Shown: positions 18,503 to 28,608, numbered from the stretch's first letter. The stretch is DNA of 64,000 nt from Clostridia bacterium (GCA_045651805.1 JAZRTB010000004.1:287-64286), one strand, 5' to 3'. A program made the numbers and translations. Notes: a model not told the origin generated them from the sequence alone.

Positions 18503-21085
18503 TTAATCAACAATATATGCTTCACAAAGCGGAGTTATCGCTCCTGTATCAGAAAGGAGCATAATCTTATCACTGCTGCCTAATAATATATCTGTTGTGA
18601 TACCTGATATTTCTCCTGCTGTTTCTAACGTTACTGTAACAGGTACAATATCGACACTGTCGAGTCTTTTATCTTCATAATGTGCGAAAACTAATGAATA
18701 GTTACCGGGTACAGAAATATTAACAGTTACTTCGCCATCTATGTAATTAATTATCTCATAAACAGGCTCTACATACCCAAAAGTATTCATCGGCATAAAT
18801 CTGGTTGTTTCAGCACCCTCAACCTCGCCTACAAGCTCGCTTGCAACGTACCTGGAGGAACCGTTTGCGGCGAATATACCAACTCCGCATCCGTCAATAC
18901 CATAAAACGTTGCTTCGGCGAAATAGCTGTCAGCTTCTTTTAGCATAGTAACAAGAATATCTCCTCCGCCATAGGTAAAGCCGGTGTCAAAATCAAGAGT
19001 CAACTCCTGCATACCGAAATCGCCGATAAGATCGACACTTCCGTCAAAAACCTGTGTCGCATCTGATATATCCACAAATGTTTCCAAAGTATCTCTTTCG
19101 ACTTCCTGTAAATATATCTTAAATCTCTGTGGACACATATCATCATATGCAAGCTCCACGTCGTAATAATATGTAATATCAGTAAGCACCTTGCCTGAAA
19201 GTGTGCTTAGCATCTCAGACGGGATTACATATTGGCTTGCACTATAGCGGTAATTCGGATCAAATGGGCCATCAAAGCTTGTATTACCACCAATTCCGAT
19301 TGTTGATGAGCCAGGCTTAGAGTTATCAGCCCAAGTTGCCGAAAGGCCAAGTTTAATCGGGTTAAATAAAAAAGTTACATACTTCTTTTCATCAAGTGTA
19401 AGTTTAAAGCTCTCCTCAGAACCCTTAGAAGCTTCATTATACGAACCATTTCCAATCGGAGTTTCGCTTGTCGAACCGTATTTTACATCCATTCCACCGT
19501 TGGTAGCCAACACAAACTCATAGTCGCCTGCCTCAAGCTCCTTTGTTAAAACATGGTTGTCCTCAGCTATTCGATTTAAGATAACGCCCTCATCATCTGC
19601 GCCTTCAAGCCCGACAATCGCCCAAATTTCATAAAGTTCTTCAAATTCACCTTCGCCCTCTGAAGTGCTCAGATAGATTGCTTCTCCGCACTCAAGATTC
19701 TTACATAAATCTTCCGATGCTGAAAATACATAGTCTCCTCTGGTAATTTTAAATGAACACTCTCTAGAATACTCGCCCTTTCGCCAATAGAAGCTCACTT
19801 CGCTACCCACATTTACTTCAAACTCAAATGTCGCAGTTGATCCCTCTTTTATTGTGATTTCATCACTAAGAAGTGTTTTTGTTTCGCCATCCCAAAGATA
19901 TGCTGCAATTTTATTTCCGTTCCATCCGTCACCATATTCATCATAAAGCTCTATGGTAATAGTCTCTTTGTCTGAAAATATCGCTGTAACGCTAACATCA
20001 CCGTCAGGCATTTCAAACTGATTCTTGCCGATTAACGGCACTTCTGTCTCACCCTGTAAAACTTTAAGTTCTTTTAGAACATACCCTTCCGCAGGGGTTG
20101 CCTCTACGGTAACAATACTACCCTCAAGTGCAAAACGAGGTGCTGTCACCGTTCCGTTTTCAATATCGTCGGCAACTGTAATATTATAACTGCCATCTAA
20201 TTTAAATAGCGCTGTAATATCAATATCTGAAGCAAGCATTGTGAATATATATGAATTATCATCAAAGTCTATCACATATACATCCCTGCCTGCGGAGTTA
20301 GTTACAGTAAGTGTATCGAGAACATAACCCTCATCAGGCTCGACAGTAATGGTTACAATCTCGTCTATAAGACAACTGCTCTTATCAACAGTTACTGTTC
20401 CGCCTTGTATTGACTCATCAATATTAACATTATATACCGGAGTTCTGATTCCAAATGTTGTCTTAGGAACAAATGCACGTGTCTCATAATTTTCCAAGCT
20501 TGGAAAAGTGTCCTTATTGTATTGCACATAATCATTGGATCTACATACAGCTGTTTGCTTCTCAGATTTTATGCCGTAGAAAATACCTGAATCTGTATAT
20601 GTTCCTGTTTTGTCAATAGTAGTTACGATAATGTTTCCGTATGTATATACAAATTCATTATCAAATTCCAATGTCAATTCTTTAGGAAATCCGTTCATTC
20701 CGCCGACTTCAAGATTTACCATGCCATCAAATACCTTTACGCCTCCACTTATCGGTATAAACTCCCAAAAGTCCCCTACATAAGTCCCATAAGTCCTGCT
20801 TAAATAAACCTCAAGATTACGTACGTCCGCATACTTTGCACCGTAGTACCATGTAAGGTCTGTGATAGCTTTATTTTTCATACCCTCTAAATCAGATTCG
20901 TATATTACATACTGAGTTACAGAGTAACCATCTCTCTGATAAAAAGGAACGTCATCCAAGCGATTCGTACCGTCCGCTACAGTATAGGTTGTGTCGCTCT
21001 TTGCAAATACACTTGCAGGTAATAAGCTTATCACCATCGCAATCGCAATCGCAATAAGCAAGCTTAGAAGTTTTGTTTTTTTCAT
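18503..21085 (-). CDS. secreted multidomain surface protein (internally duplicated module, InlB-B-like repeats, GDGWNG module)
   Basis: Start set at ATG 21085 (GAGAAGG RBS), giving 860 aa with signal peptide MKKTKLLSLLIAIAIAMVISLLPASVFA. Contains beta-rich repeats GGTVTVDKS...EGYVLDTLTV and NGTVTAPRF...EGYVLKELKV. Confidence 0.8.
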   Translation of the reverse strand: MKKTKLLSLLIAIAIAMVISLLPASVFAKSDTTYTVADGTNRLDDVPFYQRDGYSVTQYVIYESDLEGMKNKAITDLTWYYGAKYADVRNLEVYLSRTYGTYVGDFWEFIPISGGVKVFDGMVNLEVGGMNGFPKELTLEFDNEFVYTYGNIIVTTIDKTGTYTDSGIFYGIKSEKQTAVCRSNDYVQYNKDTFPSLENYETRAFVPKTTFGIRTPVYNVNIDESIQGGTVTVDKSSCLIDEIVTITVEPDEGYVLDTLTVTNSAGRDVYVIDFDDNSYIFTMLASDIDITALFKLDGSYNITVADDIENGTVTAPRFALEGSIVTVEATPAEGYVLKELKVLQGETEVPLIGKNQFEMPDGDVSVTAIFSDKETITIELYDEYGDGWNGNKIAAYLWDGETKTLLSDEITIKEGSTATFEFEVNVGSEVSFYWRKGEYSRECSFKITRGDYVFSASEDLCKNLECGEAIYLSTSEGEGEFEELYEIWAIVGLEGADDEGVILNRIAEDNHVLTKELEAGDYEFVLATNGGMDVKYGSTSETPIGNGSYNEASKGSEESFKLTLDEKKYVTFLFNPIKLGLSATWADNSKPGSSTIGIGGNTSFDGPFDPNYRYSASQYVIPSEMLSTLSGKVLTDITYYYDVELAYDDMCPQRFKIYLQEVERDTLETFVDISDATQVFDGSVDLIGDFGMQELTLDFDTGFTYGGGDILVTMLKEADSYFAEATFYGIDGCGVGIFAANGSSRYVASELVGEVEGAETTRFMPMNTFGYVEPVYEIINYIDGEVTVNISVPGNYSLVFAHYEDKRLDSVDIVPVTVTLETAGEISGITTDILLGSSDKIMLLSDTGAITPLCEAYIVD

Positions 21086-21259
21086 AAAAATCGCCTTCTC
21101 TCTAAAAAATTTTTGCCGAAATTTTGTCCGTTTCCTCGGCAATTCAAGAATAATTTTTGCATCTTGAAAATTTATTATCAAAATTATACACCGTACCCCA
21201 AGGTACGATGCAATAGTTTTTTGATAAATTTCACAATTTTTTTGACTTTGTATATAAAG

Positions 21260-21300
21260 TGATATGACCACAAAAGTGTCTAACTTTTGTGGTCATATCA
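21260..21300. repeat. solo copy of the IS left-end palindrome (perfect 18-bp-stem hairpin)
   Basis: TGATATGACCACAAAAGT-GTCTA-ACTTTTGTGGTCATATCA. About 85 percent identical to the IS left end at 18440-18477, in the same orientation. Similarity stops after about 42 nt. Confidence 0.7.
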
Positions 21301-21308
21301 TTATTTAA

Positions 21309-24300
21309 TTATCTTTCGAATGCGATGGGTGTAAGACCGCTTGCATCCCAGATGTAGCATTCAATACCAATTACTGTATAATCATAAGCTTCGGGGAATG
21401 TGAAATAGCCTGTTTCAGCATTATAGTAGTCAGCAATATTGAAGAAATCAACACTTACTGTCTTACCTGCCTTCTTATCTTTTTCAGCATGCTTTGTGCC
21501 TCTTACGATAATCTTCTTACCTGTAACATCACCGGCAAGCTTGATAGCTGTATAATGCTGCTTACCGTCAATGGTTTCGTACTTATACTCAACACCCTTT
21601 ACAGGAGCCATTCTGTTTGTGAATGTGTCTGTAACGGACTTGCCGTTATATGTTGCAGTTACCTCAAAATCAACGAATTCTGCATTCATGGGAGGTGTAT
21701 ATGTATCACCTGTATGAACTGCACCATTAATCTTCCAGGTAAGTGTTGAACCGTTTGCATCTGTCTGAGGAGTGGGGATTGCATTTACAAGAACGCTGTT
21801 AAGATCATCTCTGTGAATCTGTCTGTAGAAGCCGGGCTCACCTGACTGACCTGTTTCACGGGAAGCTGCATTATATACAGCTGACTTAAGAGCCGCATCT
21901 GCAAGAACCTCGTCTGCATCAGAATATTTCACAACATACTGATTGTCAATCTGAACGTATTCCATATTACGTGTTGAAAGCTGTGCCCAAAGCATGGGAT
22001 AACCTGATATCTGCTTTGTTGAAGAAGGAGCTTCACTTACAAGAACGCCGTCAAAGTATACATAGTATACATTTGCCTTTGCGTTATAGTCAAGAGTAAT
22101 GTTGTGCCATACATCTTCTTCAAAAATGCCATTTACATGGTCTGCTCTGTTTGCAAAGAGCATATCAACTTTACCTTTTCTTGCAACACCATTTACATTT
22201 GATTCATCTGGAGCGATTGTAATTACATCTGTTCCGTCACTATTAGAAAAACCGCCACGAACATATCCACCGTTGTTACCACGAAGCATATATGTAAGTT
22301 CATATCTTGTTGCTTCATCAATCATATTGAACTTGAAGTCAAAGCCTGCAACATAACGGCTTGAATGGTCGCCTGAACGTACACCTGTAAAGAACTTGAG
22401 TGTAGCATTTTCCTCTGTGGGAACAAATTCTGCAATCATACCGCGTTCTTCATCGTACTTATATGTAAGTGCAGCTGAACCTGCCTTTTCAAGACCAAAG
22501 CCCTTCGGTGCGTTTTCATATCCGCCTGCGAAAGCATCTGTTTCGCCGTCTTCCTTATCTTCGAAGTCCCAAGTCATTGTTTCCTTATTTGATGCAGCAT
22601 AAATTTCTGTACCCTGGGGCGCAACTGTTACTGCATAAGATGCAGAAGCTGTAAGCTCACCAACTGTAAGAGCACCCTTAAGGATTACTGTCTTACCGAT
22701 GGCTGCATCTCTTGTAATCTTACCGTCTGTTGCGATTACGTCTTCATCGCTTGATTCCCAAACGAAGCTTGCGCCCATTGAATCAAGGTCTGTACCTTCG
22801 GGGATAAGTTCAAGGTCCTTTGTAATTGCTGCAAGGCTTTCGCCGTTTGCAAACACTTCGGGAGTAAGGTAAGTCTTAAGAAATTCAAACTTAACTTCAT
22901 CAGCTGCATTAACGAACGCATCTGCATCAGACATAATTGTGTAAACCTGAACATCGTCTACATCACAGTACTGAACTGCGTATTCAGGCTCTGTAGCACT
23001 ATTCATTGTGCCACGGCACACTACAGCAAATTTTAATGATTCGATAGCAGTAAGAGCTGCTTCGCTGTTTGTTCTGTGAGCACCCACAAGCTTACCGTTT
23101 ATGTAGGATTCTGAAGTACCGTCTTCAACATCAAACACTACCTTAAGGTCATACCACTCGCCTGCTACCAAAGCAACGTCTGTTCTTGAACCTACACCAT
23201 AGTAGGGGTCATTCTTGCCTGCTTCGTACTCCTGATCATAGATGTAGCCATTATAGTTAATGAATTTTGCTTCTTCCTTGCCATTGATTTCAAGAGCATA
23301 GCCAAGAGATGCAAGACGATTATTTACTTCGGGATTTCTTACTCTTGCTTCGAAAATAAACTTTTCAGCACCTTCAAGTGAAGGAATTGTCTGGAATGTG
23401 TATCTGGGAGTGTTGCCTGAAGGCTCATACGCAGAAACACCGAAACGCATATAAGAGTTGCCGTTTGTTTCCTTCTGTACTGTCATGCTTTCATAAGCTC
23501 TGAGTGTAGCGGGAGCCCAACCGGTCATACCAACAAGGCTTGTGCCTGCAGCTACACCATACTCTGCGTCAAGAAGTTCTGCTATAGCGACAACGTTAAG
23601 AGGAAGAAGTGTAACGCTGTATGTCTTTACAACATCCTCTGCACCGTCAACTGAAAGTGTACCTGTGATTTCTGTAGTTATTGTTTCTGACATATCGCGG
23701 AGAACTGTACCGTCTGCCTTAATAACATCCTCGTCAGTTTCCCACGTGATTGATGCATCTTCTGTAAGATCATCTGCTGTGAAATTGAGGTTGCCTGCAA
23801 CTGCGGCGAATGAACCGCCATTTGCTACATGGGCTTCTTCAAGATATTTTGCAAAGTAAGCCGCCTTCTGCACGGGGGTTGCATTTGCGAGAATATCTTC
23901 TTCCTCTACGTCCTGATATATAACAAGGTTGTCGATAGCAAAGCTGCCACCGCAACTACTGCCTGCATTACAGAGCTTAAATCCGAGAAATTCTACTCTT
24001 TCAACGTTTTCACCTGTGAAGTCTGTAGAAGCTTTCACAAGATTTCCTGCAGCGTTTCCTACAAAAACTTCACCGTTTGCAGCAACCTTCATCTGCACCT
24101 TACCGCTCTTACCTGCAGTATTGTTTGCAGCTGTAAGGATAGTTCCTGCAACCTTGTCACCAAGTCCGTAACCGACTACTGAAGTTGTAACTCTGTAAAA
24201 TACATTTTCAGTAGTAGTCTTGGGTTCTGTGCCGTCGTTATAGTAAACCTTAACGTGAGCACGGATATCAATACCGCTTCCCACATTTCCGCTGAGGTCA

Positions 24301-24812
24301 CTTATATCGAAAGCGACTGTTGTTGAGCCGGGATTTTCAAGCTGAAACTCGTAAAGAGCTGTAGCTCTGCCGTAAGCATCTGTGTCACCCTCAAAAGAGA
24401 GAGTAGCCTTACCGTTTTCTACAGCAGAAAGTGAATTTTCATACTTAGCTGCGGAAATATCCCAGCCGTAATCATCAAGCTTTGTTTCACCGTTTCTTGC
24501 TGAGAAATCCTCATAATAAACAGCCTCAACATTCTGTGCCTTTACTGTTACGTCAATGGGAGTGCCATCAACCGTAAGTGTAACAACCTTATCCTCAAAA
24601 AGAGGTCTTGTTACCGTGCCGTCTTCAGCAATAACTGCTGTGTTAGATGATGTAACAGTATAACCTGAAAAATCAAGGTCTGTTACAACAAAGTCCTGAA
24701 GCTGACCGTTTGCAATATCTGCAAAATCAACTTCAACTGCTGCCATAGCGCCAAATGAGCACATTGAAAGTGCCATTACTAAAGCTATGGTAACTGCCAT
24801 AAATTTTTTCAT
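21309..24812 (-). CDS. large secreted protein, paralogue 1 (repeated Ig-like plus LamG/ConA-like modules, inferred)
   Basis: 1167 aa with signal peptide MKKFMAVTIALVMALSMCSFGAMA. Recurring ...SSN.AVIAEDGTVTRPLFEDK... segments alternate with about 200-aa modules ending in DNLVIYQD / DVDDVQVYT / IDNQYVVKY. Confidence 0.8.
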   Translation of the reverse strand: MKKFMAVTIALVMALSMCSFGAMAAVEVDFADIANGQLQDFVVTDLDFSGYTVTSSNTAVIAEDGTVTRPLFEDKVVTLTVDGTPIDVTVKAQNVEAVYYEDFSARNGETKLDDYGWDISAAKYENSLSAVENGKATLSFEGDTDAYGRATALYEFQLENPGSTTVAFDISDLSGNVGSGIDIRAHVKVYYNDGTEPKTTTENVFYRVTTSVVGYGLGDKVAGTILTAANNTAGKSGKVQMKVAANGEVFVGNAAGNLVKASTDFTGENVERVEFLGFKLCNAGSSCGGSFAIDNLVIYQDVEEEDILANATPVQKAAYFAKYLEEAHVANGGSFAAVAGNLNFTADDLTEDASITWETDEDVIKADGTVLRDMSETITTEITGTLSVDGAEDVVKTYSVTLLPLNVVAIAELLDAEYGVAAGTSLVGMTGWAPATLRAYESMTVQKETNGNSYMRFGVSAYEPSGNTPRYTFQTIPSLEGAEKFIFEARVRNPEVNNRLASLGYALEINGKEEAKFINYNGYIYDQEYEAGKNDPYYGVGSRTDVALVAGEWYDLKVVFDVEDGTSESYINGKLVGAHRTNSEAALTAIESLKFAVVCRGTMNSATEPEYAVQYCDVDDVQVYTIMSDADAFVNAADEVKFEFLKTYLTPEVFANGESLAAITKDLELIPEGTDLDSMGASFVWESSDEDVIATDGKITRDAAIGKTVILKGALTVGELTASASYAVTVAPQGTEIYAASNKETMTWDFEDKEDGETDAFAGGYENAPKGFGLEKAGSAALTYKYDEERGMIAEFVPTEENATLKFFTGVRSGDHSSRYVAGFDFKFNMIDEATRYELTYMLRGNNGGYVRGGFSNSDGTDVITIAPDESNVNGVARKGKVDMLFANRADHVNGIFEEDVWHNITLDYNAKANVYYVYFDGVLVSEAPSSTKQISGYPMLWAQLSTRNMEYVQIDNQYVVKYSDADEVLADAALKSAVYNAASRETGQSGEPGFYRQIHRDDLNSVLVNAIPTPQTDANGSTLTWKINGAVHTGDTYTPPMNAEFVDFEVTATYNGKSVTDTFTNRMAPVKGVEYKYETIDGKQHYTAIKLAGDVTGKKIIVRGTKHAEKDKKAGKTVSVDFFNIADYYNAETGYFTFPEAYDYTVIGIECYIWDASGLTPIAFER

Positions 24813-24849
24813 ATTTTTTCCTCCTTAAATGATATTTTGTTTCAATTTT

Positions 24850-24878
24850 ATTTTACCACTATTACCGCTGCAAGTCAA
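24850..24878 (-). promoter_or_regulatory. promoter of paralogue 1
   Basis: On the minus strand: TTGACT, 17 nt, TAAAAT, about 35 nt upstream of the AAGGAGG RBS. Confidence 0.6.
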
Positions 24879-24958
24879 GAAAAAAACAACCCTTTTTATA
24901 GGTTAGCACCACCCCTTTAAGCCCGATTACCGATATTACATTTATGTTGTGCAACACA

Positions 24959-24990
24959 AAAAGTCTCCCGACAGTCGTCGGGAGACTTTT
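24959..24990 (-). terminator. intrinsic terminator of paralogue 2
   Basis: AAAGTCTCCCGAC/GTCGGGAGACTTT 14-bp stem with a 4-nt loop, U-rich downstream on the minus strand. Confidence 0.8.
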
Positions 24991-25017
24991 AAAAACCAAC
25001 TGATATTCAGTTTTTAA

Positions 25018-28000
25018 TTACCAGTCAAGCATACCGCTTCTGAATGATACGGGAGTAATACCGTTACCGATTACGAAAATCTTAACTTCTTCGATTACAT
25101 CGCTTGTACCGGGGTGAGCAACGCCTGTACCGCGGAGGATACCTGTTGCTGTATCGTAAGTCTTGTGGTTTGTATCAGTAAGTTCCTTGTCAGCAAGTTC
25201 TGCAAGGTCAAATACCTGTACCCAGTCAGCCTTGTTGTTTTCAAGGTATGTTACAATAACAACCTTTTCATCGCCCTTTGCACCATCAAGCCATACACCG
25301 TTAAGGCAAGAAGCTGTACCCTGTGCAAGACCACGGATTGCTACGGGAGCAACCTGTCTTTCAACTGTGAGTGATTCAGAAATGCCGTTTGCTTCAGCAG
25401 TGATTGTAAGTTCTACAACGCCTGCCTTGTCAACATTGATTGCATCAACAGCTTCACCGTTTACTTCATAAGTAAGAGTGGGGCCGTCAGTTACATACTT
25501 ATAAGTTGAAGCGTTTTCGGGCTTAATTGAGAATGTTGACTTAGTTGTGCCGTCACCATTATCTGTAACTTCTTCATGAAGATCTCTGTCATAAGATGTG
25601 CCTTTGATCCATGACTTACCGATTGTCATAGCCGGAAGTTCACAATTTGTAAGAACTGTTCTGTATACGGGAGAAGCAAACTGAATGAGAGCCGCATTAA
25701 GAGCTGCATTTACTTCAACTGCATCTGTGTTAGCGTACTTCTTAAGAGATACGTTATCAACCCACATTTCACCTGCAAGGCTAAGTTCAATTGAGTAGCC
25801 ACGGATTGCGCTACCGCCGTTTGAACCGATATCCATATTAGCCTGAAGAACAGGGATGGGATTTACAAGTTCGCCGTCAAGATATACAGAATATGTCTGT
25901 GAAAGAACGTTGTGATCTACTGCAAGCTTAACCCATTCGCCTTCACCCTTTGCAAGAACGCTTGCGGGCATGGGATAAGAAACTGTCTTATACTTGTTTA
26001 CGTCAAGACCGTCTGCAGCGCTCTTAGCAACGGGCATTGTTGTGATAAGCGAAACAGTACCTGCCTTGTAGTTAAGACCAAGCTGGATACCGTTCTGTCC
26101 TGCATAAGTCTTAACGCTGAATCCGCCGTAGCTGTTCTGCACGTCACTGTGAATGTACTTAAGGTCAGCTTCGAATACAACTCTGTCGCCTCTGCCGCCA
26201 CCTGTTACATTTGTGATAGTACCTGAAGCCTTGTGACCTGTACCTTCATGCTTAAGATGAAGCGCCTTACCTGTGCCGTCTGCAATAACTTCTGCACTGC
26301 CGAGAGCACCTTCAAGGTCGTCAAAGTTAACTTCCTTAATAAGCACTGTACCGTCTGTAAGAGTAACTTCGATAGTTGCAGTTGCAACTTCTGCACCTGC
26401 TGTAACTGTAGCTGTCATATCAACAACAACTTCTTCACCAACAGGAGCAAGCTTAAGAACTTTACCGTCGTTTGAGATATAGTCATCATCGCCTGATGCC
26501 CAGTCGATTGAAACGCCAAGTGCATCAAGGTCATAGTCAGCATAGTTTGCATCGAGCTGGAGTGTCTGACCTGTTGTTACGTCACGGATTACTGTAGTTG
26601 CTGCAAGTTCCTTGAAGAAGTTAACCTTACCTGCATCATCAAGAGAACCGAGAACTGAATCTACATCTCTTGATGTGTAAACCTGAACATCATCTACATC
26701 AAAGAAGTACTTGGGAGCTGTAGGAGCTGTAGCACTGTCTGCATTGCCACGACCCTTGAATACGAATGCTGCAGATGTAATTTCCGCGGGAACTGCATTT
26801 GCTGTAGAGTGTGTACCTACAATCGCACCGTCGATGAAGCAGTTAACTGTCCAACCCTTTGTTGCAGCTGCATCTTCAGTGATTTCAAATCTGATATCAT
26901 ACCACGTACCTGCTGTTACAGGCTTATCGTTTCTTGCAGCGCTGGGACCGTAGTAATCATCGAACTGATGTCCCTCTGTGTTGGCATTGGCATCCACATC
27001 ATAGTCGTTATCATAAAGATTTCCGCTGAAGTAAATAAACTCAGCAATTTCCTTGCCGTTAAGTGTAAGGTACCAGTTAGCAGCACCGCCCTTTTCGGGA
27101 ATTCTTACTCTTGCATCAACTACAAGTGTTTCGCCTGCACCAACTGTGGGATTTGTAGCAAATGTGTATTTGGGAGCTGTACCGTTGGGCTGATAGCTTG
27201 AAGCACTCATTGTGAAGTACTTGCTTCCGTCAGCATCTGCCTTAACTTCCATAACTTCCCAGTCTTTGATTTCTGCAGTCCAACCTGTTGCACCAACAAA
27301 GCTGCCTAAGTCATAATTTTCAGCATCAAGAATTTCTGTTGCTGAACCAACTGAAAGAGGAAGAACTGTTACTGTATATGTAACTGTCTTAAATTCTTCA
27401 CCATCAATTACAAGTGCACCGTCAATTGTAACTTCCTTTGCTTCAAAGAAGGGACGTGTAACTGTACCGTCTGCTGCGATAACGTCTGCATCGTCTGATT
27501 CCCAAAGGATTTCAACGCCTGCGGGAAGTTCTTCTTCAGCTGCAAAGTTAAGGTTTGTTGTAAGAGCTGCAAAGTCACCGCCGTTTGCAACATATTCTGC
27601 ATCAAGGAATGATGCGTAGTAAGCTGCCTTTTCAGCTGCAGTTGCATTAGCAAGAACGTCTTCTTCGGGAACATCCTGGTATACAACAAAGTTATCAATG
27701 CTGTATGTACCTGTAGCAGCATCTGATGCGTCAACGAAGCACAAGTTTGAAACAACAACCTTTGCTATATCTTCAGAAGTGTAACCTTCTTTCATTGTAG
27801 CATTGTCTGTGAAGAGGTTCTTTGCAGAAAGCACACCGTTACCCCAGAATTCACCTGTCACAGGATTATACTTCATTGTAACGCCTGCCTTCTTATATGC
27901 ACCCATCCAGTTAGCACCAAAACCGTTTGCACTAAGTCTTGTAATTGTAGTACCGCTGTTGAGAGAACCGATTACGTTACCGTCTGCATCGTAAAAGTTA

Positions 28001-28563
28001 CCGCTAAAACGGATATCGATACCTACAGCAACGTCTGCAATGTCAGTTACATCAAACTGAATTGTCACAGGCTCCTCTGTTACGGGAGCAGCAGCTTTGT
28101 GATACATCCATACACGTGCTGAATCGTTATGATTTGCAGTAAGCTTACCATCTGCTATTGAAACAGCGCCGTTTGACTTGCCGAGATACCATTCGCTGTA
28201 ATCAGCAAATCTGTAATACTCACCTTCAAGCACAGCTTCGTTGTCGATAGAGAAGTCTTCTGCATAGAGAGCTTCAACCGACTTAGCCTTTACTGTTACG
28301 TCGATAGCTTCACCGCCATCGATTGTGATCTGCACTGTCTTATCCTCGAAAAGGGGACGAGTAACAGTACCGTTAAGAGCGATAACATCCTCGTTAGAAG
28401 AAGTTATCTCATAACCGCCGAGATCAAGGTCAGCAGTTACAAAGTTCACGGGCTGACCATTTGCGATTTCTGCAAAGTCAACCCCACCCTCTGCCATTAC
28501 AGAAAATGATACCATTGAAAGTGCCATTAACATTGCAAGACAGAGTGCCATGAATTTTTTCAT
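25018..28563 (-). CDS. large secreted protein, paralogue 2
   Basis: 1181 aa with signal peptide MKKFMALCLAMLMALSMVSFSVMA. The N-terminal 100 aa are roughly half identical by eye to paralogue 1 (VDFAEIANGQ...TRPLFEDKTVQITIDG...VTVKAKSVEALYAEDFS). Same modular pattern (IDNFVVYQD, DVDDVQVYT, MWVDNVSLKKY). Confidence 0.8.
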   Translation of the reverse strand: MKKFMALCLAMLMALSMVSFSVMAEGGVDFAEIANGQPVNFVTADLDLGGYEITSSNEDVIALNGTVTRPLFEDKTVQITIDGGEAIDVTVKAKSVEALYAEDFSIDNEAVLEGEYYRFADYSEWYLGKSNGAVSIADGKLTANHNDSARVWMYHKAAAPVTEEPVTIQFDVTDIADVAVGIDIRFSGNFYDADGNVIGSLNSGTTITRLSANGFGANWMGAYKKAGVTMKYNPVTGEFWGNGVLSAKNLFTDNATMKEGYTSEDIAKVVVSNLCFVDASDAATGTYSIDNFVVYQDVPEEDVLANATAAEKAAYYASFLDAEYVANGGDFAALTTNLNFAAEEELPAGVEILWESDDADVIAADGTVTRPFFEAKEVTIDGALVIDGEEFKTVTYTVTVLPLSVGSATEILDAENYDLGSFVGATGWTAEIKDWEVMEVKADADGSKYFTMSASSYQPNGTAPKYTFATNPTVGAGETLVVDARVRIPEKGGAANWYLTLNGKEIAEFIYFSGNLYDNDYDVDANANTEGHQFDDYYGPSAARNDKPVTAGTWYDIRFEITEDAAATKGWTVNCFIDGAIVGTHSTANAVPAEITSAAFVFKGRGNADSATAPTAPKYFFDVDDVQVYTSRDVDSVLGSLDDAGKVNFFKELAATTVIRDVTTGQTLQLDANYADYDLDALGVSIDWASGDDDYISNDGKVLKLAPVGEEVVVDMTATVTAGAEVATATIEVTLTDGTVLIKEVNFDDLEGALGSAEVIADGTGKALHLKHEGTGHKASGTITNVTGGGRGDRVVFEADLKYIHSDVQNSYGGFSVKTYAGQNGIQLGLNYKAGTVSLITTMPVAKSAADGLDVNKYKTVSYPMPASVLAKGEGEWVKLAVDHNVLSQTYSVYLDGELVNPIPVLQANMDIGSNGGSAIRGYSIELSLAGEMWVDNVSLKKYANTDAVEVNAALNAALIQFASPVYRTVLTNCELPAMTIGKSWIKGTSYDRDLHEEVTDNGDGTTKSTFSIKPENASTYKYVTDGPTLTYEVNGEAVDAINVDKAGVVELTITAEANGISESLTVERQVAPVAIRGLAQGTASCLNGVWLDGAKGDEKVVIVTYLENNKADWVQVFDLAELADKELTDTNHKTYDTATGILRGTGVAHPGTSDVIEEVKIFVIGNGITPVSFRSGMLDW

Positions 28564-28608
28564 AAATTCTCCTCCTTGAAATTTTTGTCCTATTATAGAC
28601 TTGAAATT

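Noticed and set aside
21086-21271. N-terminal extension of the 860-aa surface-protein ORF; similar upstream extensions occur at 8368-8439, 11466-11516, 18431-18478, 28701-28766, 29966-30019, 46056-46103, 49124-49168 and 50991-51050
   Set aside because: The extensions lack an RBS, often begin with non-ATG codons, and run through promoter, terminator or IS-end sequence. Internal ATGs with good SD sequences give canonical N-termini or signal peptides.
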